DNA of 64,000 nt. Source: Azolla caroliniana (taxonomy: Eukaryota; Plantae; Polypodiophyta). The stretch is taken from the NCBI GenBank assembly GCA_043228905.1, contig JBHGNT010000009.1, positions 21,266,001 to 21,330,000 of the forward strand, in the 5' to 3' direction. Position 1 is the stretch's first letter. The number at the start of each line of letters is the position of its first letter. Shown one piece after another: positions 49,335 through 61,035 of this stretch. Made by a program: the position numbers and the translations under genes. Under the pieces are notes generated by a model. The model was not told where the DNA came from. It worked only from the letters and a program-made list of their open reading frames with translations, and did not search any database.

Positions 49335-52300
49335 TGTAGAAAGTAACGTGCGGAAGCAAGTATGAAGACCGAACAGAAGGAAGGAAACTCAGGTTCAATG
49401 GAGAGCTTGAGCTTACGTAGTATACTCGGGAGAGACAAAGAGAGAAAGACAAAAAACAATATTCAACAATAATACTCAATCTGTACATAAGACGTGCTCA
49501 GTGAGCACTTTTATACAAGTCCTAAAAGGACTAACCGAAGTACTGACAGTACTTCAATGCTCATCAAGAGCTCCTACACTAACTCCCAAATATATTCCTC
49601 ACGGAATATCTTTCCTAACGGCCTCCCGGTTTATGCACTCGGCCTAACCGATCGGTCCCAACTGATCCGGTCCTCGGCTTCTTCAGCCGATCTGGCCGAT
49701 GTTGAGCTTGTCTCTCAACACTCCCCCTCAAGCTCAACTCGAGGCTCTTCGGGATCCTCGGGCTCACAGCTCCGGTTCCTCCTGGCTTCACGCCTCGCTC
49801 GCGCTCCTCGACCTGTTCGACTCCGCGCGCTTCGACCCTTCCGGTCGGCTTGTCTGCTCATGTGGCCCTCATCAGCTCTTCTGTTGTTGCAGTGTTGACG
49901 CTTCTTCTACTGCCTTTTCTTCCGCTTGGGCCTCAGTTGATTCAGCGTGTCTGAATCAAACATCTGAACCGACTCGGCTACCTCCGGTCGGTCTTCGCTC
50001 TCGTCCGAGTTGGCTGTCTCCAACTCGTCTTCAGTCTTCTCGCCCTCGATGGCGTCATCCTCCTCATGCGTGGTTGGCTTCGGCTCTCTCCTTCGGTTGC
50101 TCCCCTTCTGTCTGCTTCCGAACTTTTCCGTGGGTTTGCCCTCGACTTCTTCAGCTGATCCGATGTCGAACTTGTCAACCGACTCGGTGTCGCGGTGTCC
50201 GCTCCTTTCTTGCTACCATGCTTGGTCGTTCGAGACTGTTCTCCCCCTCAAGTTCGGCACGTCAAGGTGACGCAACTCGAGCGCACCTGAGAATTGCCGC
50301 AACTTGTCCAGACCAAGTGGCTTGGTGAAGATGTCGGCAGCCTGCCGATCCGTCGGAACGTACTGAAGTTCGACTTCACCGGAAAGGACACGCTCACGGA
50401 CGAAATGGTAGTGCACCTCAATGTGCTTGGTCCGTGCATGGAAGACGGGGTTCTTCGCGAGTTGGATGCTGTTGAGGTTGTCGCAGTAGATCGTCGTCGG
50501 ATCGGACACCTCCTGTTGCAGGTCCTTAAGTAGCCGCTTCAACCATATGGCTTCGCATGTCACGACAGCCGCTCCTCGGTACTCGGTTTCGGTGCTCGAT
50601 AGAGAAACTGTCGGCTGCTTCTTACTGCACCACGCGATCGCGGCACTCCCGAGGGAGAACACGTATCCGGATGTGGATCGGCGATCGGCGGTGTTGCCAG
50701 CCCAATCAGCATCGGTGTAGCCGACTAACTGCGTGGCTGCACCGGTCCGATATAGCAGTCCCCGGTCGTTAGTGCCGTTGACATACCGAAGTATGCGTTG
50801 CGCACACTGAAGGTGCTCCTCGGTAGGTCGCGCCATGAACTGACTGATCACACTGACCGGATAACTGAGGTCGGGTCGGGTGATGGTCAAGTATATAAGG
50901 CTTCCGACAATTTGTCGAAACCTCGTCGGGTCGCATACCTTTCCCGTATCGGGACGAAGCTTGACGGTTCTGTCCAGAGGAGTCGAGATGGACTTACAGT
51001 CAGCTATCCCGAATTTGAAGAGCATACTTAGCACGTAATGACGTTGGCTGATCAATATGCCTTCTGGGGTACGGACCACTTCGATCCCGAGGAAGTAATG
51101 AAGGTCCCCCAAATCCTTCATGTCGAACGATGCCGCAAGCTGGAGCTTCATGCGGTCGATTTCACCGAGGTCGGCACCGGTGATGACCAAGTCATCAACA
51201 TATAGTAAAATACTAACCGGTTTGAGTCGACCTTTCCGGATGAACAGGGAAGAGTTCGATTTTGACGTGACGAAGCCCATCCGACGCAATTGTTGCGTGA
51301 TCTTCGCGTTCTAGGCACGCGGGGCTTGCTTCAGTCCGTAAAGGGACTTCTTCAGTCGGCATACTGCCGAGGAGTTCGTTCCGGAGTGAAATCCGGGGGG
51401 CTGTACCATGTACACTTGTTCCTCAAGGTCACCTTGCAGGAACGCATTCTTTACATCCATTTGATGTAGGTGCCACTCCAGGTTGTATCGGTTTTTCAAG
51501 GTACAAGAACCACTCCTTATGGCTCGTCATGTGGTTTGACGCGCCAGAGTCTACGTACCACACCTGGTCCGATCTCGGGGTTGTCTGCTTCATTGAGTTT
51601 GCTTCGTGTCTCGTCACGAAGGCAGTCCCTTCTCCGGCTCTCCCAGAGTCTTCGGCGTAGTGCGATCGCTGCCCATTTCCCTTGTCGGTATGTCTGGAGC
51701 TGTTCCCGGAACTAGTTCTCTCCGAATCGGCGCGCTTCTTCCAGCACTCACTTTCCTTGTGGCCTTTCTTGCCACAGTACCAGCATTCCGCGATGGACAT
51801 CCCTTGCCGGTTCTCATCGCTTCGACTCCCCCTATTTCCGGAGGGTCCGGAGTTGATGTCGGCATCACTTCGGTGCCTTCTTTCTTGATCTCGTCAGCCG
51901 CCTCCATTGCGTGCCGACTCGCCTCGTCCTCCACATCCACGGGGCCTATCTCCCTCCGTGTACAACATTCTATTGTCGGTGTGCGTGCTTGTAGACGCAC
52001 CCGCGTGATTTTCCTCTACCAGGAGCATCGACTGTAAGTCGAAAAAGGACGGCGTATTCTCCTGGGTACACACAGTCGTTCGGAACGCTCCGAACTTCGA
52101 CGCAAACCTCCGAGACAGATCTGGACCATCTCGCTCTCCTCGATGTTCACCTCTATGGAGGCGAGGGAGTCGCAGATATCCTTGATCTTCGAGGTATAGT
52201 CCGCCACCGACAAGTCGTGTTGTCGTAGATTGCTCAACTCCTGTCGGATCTGAAGCTTCCTAGCTGTGCTGCTCGCGGCGAAAATCTTCTTCAGATTTTC

Positions 52301-53028
52301 CCACGCACCCTTCAGCGTCTTTGCATCCCAAACATAGCTCAATAGCTGTTCACCCACACATGACGCGAAGTAGTACAATACCCTGCTCGCCGATTGCTCC
52401 CACGACGGGAAGTCTCTGTGTGTCGATTCGGGTGCCACGTCATTAGCTCCTTCGACATAACTCCAGTAGCCGTGCCAGAGCAGATACTGGTGCATCTTGT
52501 AGGACCAAGACGCGTAGTTGGTTCTGTCGAGCTTCTCTGTTGGAAGCGAGCTCGCCATGCCTCTATCCATCGTTCTTCTTGTTCTTCTTCGTCAAGCTAT
52601 GTCGGCTGCAGAGAGGTTCTCAACCCTCGCGCTGTGATACCATGTAGAAAGTAACATGCGGAAGCAAGTATGAAGACCGAACAGAAGGAAGGAAACTCAG
52701 GTTCAATGGAGAGCTTGAGCTTACGCAGTATACTCGGGAGAGACAGAGAGAGAAAGACAAAAAACTATATTCAACAATAATACTCAATCTGTACATAAGA
52801 CGTGTTCAGTGAGCACTTTTATACAAGTCCTAAAAGGACTGACCGAAGTACTGACAGTACTTCAATGCTCATCAAGAGCTCCTACACTAACTCCCAAATA
52901 TATTCCTCACGGAATATCTTTCCTAACGGCCTCCCGATTTATGTACTCAGCCTAACCGATCGGTCCCAACCGATCCAGTCCTCGGCTTCTTCAGCCGATC
53001 CGGCCGATGTTGAGCTTGTCTCTCAACA
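49335..53028 (-). mobile_element. Internally deleted (integrase-less) Copia
   Basis: 386-bp LTRs 49335-49720 and 52643-53028, perfect TSD ctttg, PBS 52631-52642, PPT 49721-49730; gag/protease N-terminus fused to mid-RT, then RNase H. Confidence 0.95.
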
Positions 53029-54384
53029 CTTTGTTCAGAGAATATCTCCAATATCCCTACACACAATGGAAGCAAAAACAAGTCAATTCTCTAACCGCAA
53101 TACAATGACCATCCAACCTGGAATAACCGTGAACAACATGCAGAGATCGCAATTCGGGAATTCCTTGGCACTCCCAGGTCTTCTCCCTATTTACTTCATC
53201 TATCTTCACTTACCAAAATTCACGTTTGATATCTTGGACTTGCGAGGAATAAACACCTGTTGCACTCGTTGACATATTTGTTCTTAAAAATTCAACTACA
53301 TGTGATGCACAATTCATGTGCACACCATCTGTCTTTAGTTGTTCATTGGTAAGAGCCCGCTTTATAACAGCCCCTGCACCATCATGTTCACCTTTACCAT
53401 GTTCAGACCCAAAAAAATTCCATCTCATCTCCAAACCTGTTATAGCAGGATACCTCCCCACAAAATAAAATGGATGTCGAGCCTTGAATTGTGACGCAGC
53501 TCCGTCACACCACGTGGAGCTAATAACCACTGCCAATGTAACTTAAAACAGTGTTGGACGAACAAGGTATCATGCTTCTTATCATCAGAAATAAAGAAAT
53601 GAATTACTTTTTTAACATCACCTAAAACTCGAAAATATGTTATGTGCACAAAAATGGTTACCTGAACTGAACACCAATGCATAGATTGAATTTCATTCTG
53701 CTGCTTGAGAGTATAATTCTCTGCAAAATCCACTACTAAGGCTACTACATCATTTGGGAAATCAGATATGCAAGTCTTAAACTAATGGGCCTGCCACGAA
53801 TAAATGAAGTTGTGTTTAATGAACTTTCCTAGAGATACTACAAACAGAGACACCAAATCCCTTGGTTTAAGCATCTTCCGACCTAGATCCTTTTTTTTAC
53901 ACACCTTTCCTTCGAAATTGGTGTTCACTGACTCAAATAACTTCACAGAGATCAATATTTCACTACTAAATTCATTTGGACACCACCTAAATCTAGTAGG
54001 GCCACAATCTTGACATAAACCCATGACACATTTATGAATATGGAAGATAGCGTCAGTTTCTCTCGGACACAATATTGAATCTAATAAATAACTCATGGAA
54101 GAGATAACGTGCTCAGATGATTTACACTCCTCTTGCAGGCTTGATCGACAGATTGGGCACCGACATGTGCAAACTGTATTAGTTAGGGATGCGCTATGGT
54201 GACGTAGTAGATTAACAGAGTCCTTCAGAAAACCCATCTATACATGGTAAATGCAACAACATGTGTATCGATCCTTTAAGCGTCTCACAAAGTGTGGCTT
54301 AAGAGACTCGAATGTTCGTAGTTGAACTTTGATAGTTGGATGCATTCGTTTGAACCTAATAAATAAATCGACCTGCGTAATAAA

Positions 54385-55285
54385 GGGGAATTAGTTATTC
54401 TCGTAACTAGCTAACTATCCTAGTAGCTAATTAGTTATTCTAGTAGCTAATTAACTATTCTAGTAGGTTGGCCGCAATTTTAGTAGCTTATTAGCTATTC
54501 TAGTAGCTAATTAGCTATCATGGTAGCTAATTAGCTGTCCTAGTAGCTAATTAACTATCATGGTAGCTAATTAGCTACCCTAGTAGCTAATTAGCTATCA
54601 TGGTAGCTAATTAGCTATTCTAGTAGCTAATTAGCTCTCATGGTAGCTAATTAGCTGGTCTAGTAGCTAATTAGCTGGTCTAGTAGCTAATTAGCTGGTC
54701 TAGTAGCTAATTAGCTGGTCTAGTAGCTAATTAGCTGGTCTAGTAGCTAATTAGCTGGTCTAGTAGCTAATTAGCTATCATGGTGGCTAATTAGCTGGTC
54801 TAGTAGCTAATTAGCTATCATGGTGGCTAATTAGTTGTCCTAGTAGCTAATTAGCTATCATGGTAGCTAATTAGCTTTCCTAGTAGCTAATTAGCTATCA
54901 TGGTAGCTAATTAGCTAGTCTAGTAGCTAATTAGCTATCATGGTAGCTAATTAGCTTTCCTAGTAACTAATTAGCTATCATGGTAGCTAATTGGCTGGTC
55001 TAGTAGCTAATTAGCTATCATGGTGGCTAATTAGTTGTCCTAGTAAGCTAATTAGCTATCATGGTGGCTAATTAGCTTTCCTAGTAGCTAATTAGCTGGT
55101 AATAACGAAATAGCTAACTAGCTACCAAGACAACTAATTATCTGGTAGTACCTAAATTAGCTATTGAGAATAGCTAATTAGCTATCATGGTAGTAGCTAT
55201 TGAGAGTGGCCAGTTACCTATGTAGTAGCTATCCTAGTAGCTAATTGAGGTAAATGTAACTGATAAGCTAATTAGCTTTTCTGCT
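54385..55285. repeat. 20-bp minisatellite built on the palindrome TAGCTAATTAGCTA, intronic
   Basis: More than 30 units of tagtagctaattagctatca and tggtagctaattagctggtc type. Confidence 0.95.
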
Positions 55286-55989
55286 AACTAAGCTAATTAA
55301 CTTTCCGTGTAGAGTCAAAACAAATGTTGAGATAAATGTAAATACCTGAGGTACATCAAGAAGATGAATGGGATGCTCCTCGTATTGATTTCTTCCAACA
55401 CGTTTCCTGCATAAATCCTTTTTATTGGGTGAAACCCTACTCTCATTAGTCCAAAACATTGTGATTACATCCTTGATTTCAAATGTTATGGGTGTCATTG
55501 GCTTACATCTTGTAGTTAGCTTTAGTAGACTAGTTCCTACCCCCGAGGAAATTATACAGTTCATTGTATTGTACACTGTTTTTCTACTAACACCAATTAC
55601 CTTAGATAGTTAACTGATGTTTATATCGTCAACATCACTATTAAGTAACATCATTAGACTAGACCTTTTTAAGACAAGATCATCTTCTGACCTGCTCATG
55701 GATACGAAACTATTATGAAGATTATTTACTAAAATAGATGATATGTTTGCATTAAGACCATCACAATCAACTAAGTCCTTTATCGATGGATCATTACATA
55801 TTCCATAAAGTACTACCTTCTTTTCTTCATTGCTGATGGAGCATTGAAATAGTCTACAACCTTTCTCTCTATGATGGTAGTCACATTACTTACATTCTCA
55901 GCTAAACTATCCTTACCTTTACTCAGTGTGGCTTTCGTATCCTTCAACAATTGACGAAATGCCGTTTGAAATGCCATTTTTTATTAAAG

Positions 55990-58058
55990 TTCTTTTTGTT
56001 GTGGTACCCTTGACGGGGTTGGTCGTCATATCTCCCGTAATCTTCCCTTCGTTGGTGATACCCGGGGGAGTGATCCCGGTTGTGATTCTCGTACCGTCCA
56101 TTGTAATCTCAGTACCTGTCATATCTCATGTACCGGTCATAGTTGTCTCGTCGATCGTCGTATCGAACATCCTGTGTTGGTCGATATCGCTCCTCTCGCC
56201 GCCAGCGTTCGTCTTCTTCGTCTCGGCTGCTACGTGGCTCGATTTGCCGGACTGGTGGTGCTTGCCGATTCAATAAGCTATATTCGCACCGGTCCATCGT
56301 GTGGCTCGTAGATTGGCAGAGTAAGCAGTGCATCCGCATGGTGCACTCCAGTGACGAGTGTCCGGAATTCAAGCAGGTCGTGCATTGGATTGCTTGCCGG
56401 AACCGGAGATCTTCATCGGTTGGTAATGCTCGTTGGAGGGCTCCCATTGTTAGCCAAGAGCTCGTTTTCTCCATTTCTCTAACCCGGTCGATGACCTGGT
56501 CGACGGTGCTTGTGCGAAAGTCGATGACCGTGCATACTATTCGTAGAGGTTCCTGGAGCGCGGCTAAGAATATAGCCCGTGTTTCTTCCTCCGGCGGTGC
56601 GCGGGTAAGCTGATTGTGCATCTATTGAAACCAGATGAAAAACTGCGGAATGCTCTCCCCGGGGTCCTGCCGAATGGTATAAAATAGGCCCACCATTTCT
56701 CTCTATTCCACCTCCTTCTAAAAGAAGTGCAAGAATTTATCTTTCAGGTCCGCAAAAGTGGTGATGGTGCTGGGGTCCTGTGTTGGTGCCATCTGGCGGC
56801 CGGTCCTTCCAATGTCACGCCGAATTCGGCTATCTTAGATCGTTCCTCTTCTGCCGCGGTAAACCGTTGTGACACATGGTTCGCCTCCCATGTTTGTTGA
56901 AATGCGTGAACATGAGCCTCTGCGTCCGGATCATCCCTATACTTGGAGTACTGGAACAACATACTGTCGTCCGGTGTCGGTACGCGGGCCGGCGGTGTCA
57001 GTGGTTTTTCCTGTTGTTCCTTCGGCATCAGAGGTGTTTGTCGGTCTTCCTTTGGTGTTGCCGGCTCGACTTCCGGTGTTGGAGGTCTTTCTTTGTCTTC
57101 TTTCGTCTCCGAAGGTTGCTCCACGTCTAATGTCGGAGGTTCCCGGTCTGCCAACTCTGGTTCCGGTGTCGTTAATGTATCTGACTCCTCGTCCTCTGGT
57201 CCTCCTGGGGTGTCGTTACTGTTGCGATAGTTCGTGTGCGCGCTGTAACCCCCTTCCGAATCCGATTCCAACACTGAAAATGCTTCGGATTCGCGGTCTC
57301 TTCCGACCAAGGCCTGGAGAAGGGATTCCGCTTCCCGGAGGCTGCTTAAGCTGCTTCCCTCGTCCGGGTAGGTGTTTTGTTGCAGACGGAGCGACTCCTC
57401 CGCCACTTTCCGGATCACTTTGAAAAATGATCGATCCGATCGGATTTCTTCCGCTGCTTGCTGGAAAGCCTCTCGCCGCCTTCGCCGTTCAGCAAGTCTT
57501 CGTGCTCTCTCCGTAACCAGGTCGTTTGTTGGCCCAGTCATCCGTTCCCACCGTTGTTCACTGCGATTGTGCAGGAATCGTGGTCGCCAAAAACTGTGTT
57601 AATCCTAGGGCCGGACAACAGCCTAACACAGGGTGTCCACTTAAGACACTTCACCAAAGGGTGTTACGATAGGATGACTTACGGCACAACGCTTAATTAG
57701 ACCTTAATCGATTACTTAGCAACACATCATTAACACGCGTAAGATATAACAATGAGTACAGAACGGTAATCAATACTGAAAGATTAAGGTAATAAGTTCT
57801 ATTAATTATCCGCTCCCGATTACATTGTAACCGGGCCTTTATATAGGTCTCCAGTGCGAAATACAAAATGGTGCCAACCGGCACCTTTTTGGGATCAGTC
57901 CGGATCCGGATCGGCATACCGATTCTGGTCCGTCCGTCCACATCTTCTCATATATTAATATATATATTAAGACTACTAATTACAACAGTTCCCGAATAAA
58001 CTATTCCTTTTCACACTCTGGTTTGGACCTCCTTAAGCCTTCTTGCCAGCCCGTAACA
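55990..58058 (-). mobile_element. 3'-truncated Gypsy (5' LTR, PBS, gag) related to the host Gypsy
   Basis: Probable LTR 57597-58058 (TG...CA), PBS tggcgaccac at 57580-57589; gag ORFs 56744-57541 and 56109-56621 are homologous to 17835-19631 (SKIAEF..LEGPAARW, FRQA.QCTTC). Confidence 0.85.
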
Positions 58059-59817
58059 ATTGGAGGAAGGAAAGGCCACCTCGCAATCATGAATTGGAAG
58101 GAATCCCGACTTGTATCAGAATTGCAGGTAACGATTGCCCTTAATCACTAATAACAAACTATAGGGTTTTACTATGTGTGGTAAATCTACATCTATTTTG
58201 GTTTCTATTAAGCTCTATCTTGAATGCTCAAATTCAGGCTGAGAAATTGGAACAAAAACAAAATGGAAGCTTTTTCATTTTTAATACTTAGTATACATAT
58301 AGTATATTTTAATAACTCACCAATCCCTTTCTGGGGGACCAATAGTGTATAGCATATTTCTAGTTTGCATCTTTCAGCATGCCTGTGTCTAGATATGGAA
58401 AGGAAACAGAGGAAGAAGTGAACACATAGTAGCTGTTAATTATTGTGCATGGATTTTTACTAGATGCAAGGAACACCATGTTCATATCCAATTTCTGAAT
58501 CTCAATGTTTAAAAAGAGTAACATTGTCAATTCTTTTTTCACTAGAGTTAATGAGAGAGAGAGAGAGAGAGAGTTTATGTATGTGTGTTGGCAATCAGCA
58601 TAAATTTCTCATTTGATGATGAAATTATAATTGACTTTCGTTAATGTGCAAAACAGGTGGCCGAAACGACAAGGGATGTAAAATTCCTACATAATGAGCT
58701 GTTTTATGCAGCTGCTCAGAAGAAGTTAGTTTTCCTAAACTTTGTGCACCAAGCCTAAGTAAACAGCACATCCATCGAATCTTCTTCTCATCCTTGTCTT
58801 TTATGCAGATATGTTTACATATATGACAAGAAAGGAACAAAGATTCATTGCTTGAAAGTATATAACTTCTTTTGAACTGTATCAGTAGCCATTCCTTTGC
58901 TGGTTCTATTGATGCTTGATGATAACACTGTTAACTAATTCTGTAGGATCACACTTATCCTTTGAAGCTAGAATTTCTGCCACATCATTTCTTGCTTGTT
59001 TCAGTCGACAAATTCGGTACACTTAGGTATCAAGATACTAGTATTGGTACTAGTGTGGCCGAGCACAGGTCCGGGTTAGGACGATGCGATGTGCTGTGAA
59101 TGAATCCCTATAATGCAGTTATTGGTCTTGGACATAGCAATGGAACTGTAACTATAAAGAGTCCTAATATGAGCAAGCCACTTGTTTCCTTACTTTGCCA
59201 TCGTGGGCATGTGACCACCGTAGCTTTTGAATCACAAGGAAACCAGATGATCACATCTGGTATGGATGGGAAGGTTAAAGTGTTTGATTTGAGGAAGCTT
59301 ACTCCTCTTCATGCTTACTTCTCAAAATCACCAGTTAAATCGCTAGATGTAAGCCAACGGGGTCTTTTAGCGGTTGCTCAAAGCTCTAATGTTGAGATAT
59401 GGAAAGATGCACTTGTTTCAAGGCAATCTAAGCCTTACATGACACATCACTTACCAAAGGGATGGCAAATACAAGACTTTTACTTCTGCCCATATGAAGA
59501 TAGTATGGGTATTGGCCATAGTGGTGGTATATCATCTATTCTTGTGCCAGGGTCAGGGGAGGCTAACTTTGACACTTACGTTGCAAATCCATTTGAGACG
59601 ATTAAGCAGAGGAGAGAAGCTGAGGTTCATTCTCTTCTTGATAAATTGCAGCCTGAATGAATTGTACTCGATCCGAAACAAATAGGAGATGTTCGCCGCG
59701 ATCCTACTGAACATCATCAAATGAAGAGCCGACAAGCTTTAGAGCCAAATAGGGCTACTACAATACTGGTTGGAAAGTCTGTTGTCTTAAAGAATAAGTT
59801 AAAAGGGCGAAATAAGC

Positions 59818-60241
59818 TGTCAGGAATAGTACTAAAGCAGAGATGGAATTAGTACTAAGAAGAGTAGTACTATTAGTACTAAGAGGACGGGACTGCATAA
59901 GATTCTCGAGAGAGAGAAAATGAGAAGAGGAGAGAGAGAGATAGGATGATGACAACAACTCTTATATTATATGAAAAATAAGTACAAATCGGCTAAGAGG
60001 CTTAAGACTGGTGTTGAACCAATTTGGTTCAAAACAATGCCTTGTGCCTCCTTTTATAGTGTTTTTAGGAATAATCTTGAAGCTTCTAGAATGTTCCAGA
60101 GAGATCTGGAATATACATCAATTTTCTATGATAAAACATAAATGAAAATAATATCCTACAAATTACAATTCATAGTCTAATGGTAAGAGCTCGACCCATG
60201 TAGCATAAGGTCATGGGTTCGAGTCTTGCCATATCATGATA
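59818..60241 (-). mobile_element. Solo LTR inserted in the last WDR46 exon
   Basis: 424 bp, termini tgtca...tgata, TSD taagc (59813-59817 and 60242-60246); removal restores KGRNK|LGRRHK; strand inferred from tataaaagg on minus. Confidence 0.85.
60168..60235 (+). other. tRNA-like sequence with Pol III A and B boxes
   Basis: tagtctaatggt (A box) and ggttcgagtc (B box) at tRNA-like spacing; stems degenerate. Confidence 0.65.
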
Positions 60242-61035
60242 TAAGCTTGGTAGGAGACATAAACTTAAACAAGATAATATCATCTCAGCTAAAAGGCCGA
60301 TACTTGAAGCTCAGAGTCGAGAAATCTCCATGGCCAAGAAATCAAAGCTCTCAAATGATTCTGTTCCTTGCGCATTAAAGCGGTTTGTGTAACTTTCATT
60401 TGTTTTTGTTTGGTGCTCCAACCAACTTTCAACATTCATTCTTGAAATATTGGAAGGTTCTACTAAATTACAAATGCATGAATCATGAGCGTCTAGTAGG
60501 CAAGGAAATCTACGTGCAGACATGAAAATTGATCAGAATATAGTGCCACAATAGTATATGCGTTTTGTAGCCAAATCTATTGAAATTGACATATGGATCA
60601 ATGTATTGATATCATATGTTAAATTCTGATGATTATAGTTACATATATCAATGTTAACAATTGTAGTTGAAGTGAGGGATGAGGCGATAAAACTATTATA
60701 GTTATGAAAGTCATGACGATCATGTCATGATGGTTACCTCTTGTATGTGTTAACCTAACCTCAGTTTATTTTCATTGCCTTTGTTGATTTAGCTCAAAAA
60801 GGAGATAAATGCAATTGTGAGTTTGAGAGAGATGATTTTTAAAAACATCAACGCTTAAAAAGCCTCAATGGTGTTAACCTGGGGAAACAATGTTGTAATC
60901 AGGGAGATCAGGAAATTCATTTACAGGGGAGACCTAAAAACTCAACTGCAGTAGGACTCAATGAGCCTCTCACTAATGAGCCAAAACCAACTTGCCACTT
61001 ATATTATTTCATATCCTGAATACCCAAAATTCCGT

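Larger units (their letters stand above)
48900..55977 (-). pseudogene. DDD transposase, Sola(2)-like, with an intron at 54373-55345 and a Copia insertion
   Basis: FESLKP..V...R..CCC.YH, DFAENY..Q.EIQSMHW, ISDDKKHD, WCDGAASQFK and HGKGEHDG motifs; GT-AG splicing restores frame; stops and frameshifts; superfamily assignment from motif memory. Confidence 0.72.
58059..60392 (+). pseudogene. WDR46: WDR46/UTP7 (U3 snoRNA-associated WD40 protein, BING4CT) pseudogene, 5'-truncated, intron-containing
   Basis: Exons 58059-58127 (GGRKGHLAI), 58657-58724 (DVKFLHNE..AAAQKK), 58809-58857 (YVYIYD), 58947-59817 (LEFLPHHFLL, NPYNAVI, PGSGEANFD..ANPFE) and 60247-60392 (AKRPIL...ALKRFV*); GT-AG introns; TGA at 59097 and a frameshift near 59658. 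Confidence 0.9.

Noticed and set aside
54385-55285. Possible CRISPR array
   Set aside because: Linkers are only about 6 nt and repetitive, there are no cas genes, and the context is eukaryotic.
60168-60235. Functional tRNA gene
   Set aside because: Acceptor and anticodon stems do not pair convincingly, and it lies inside a solo LTR.
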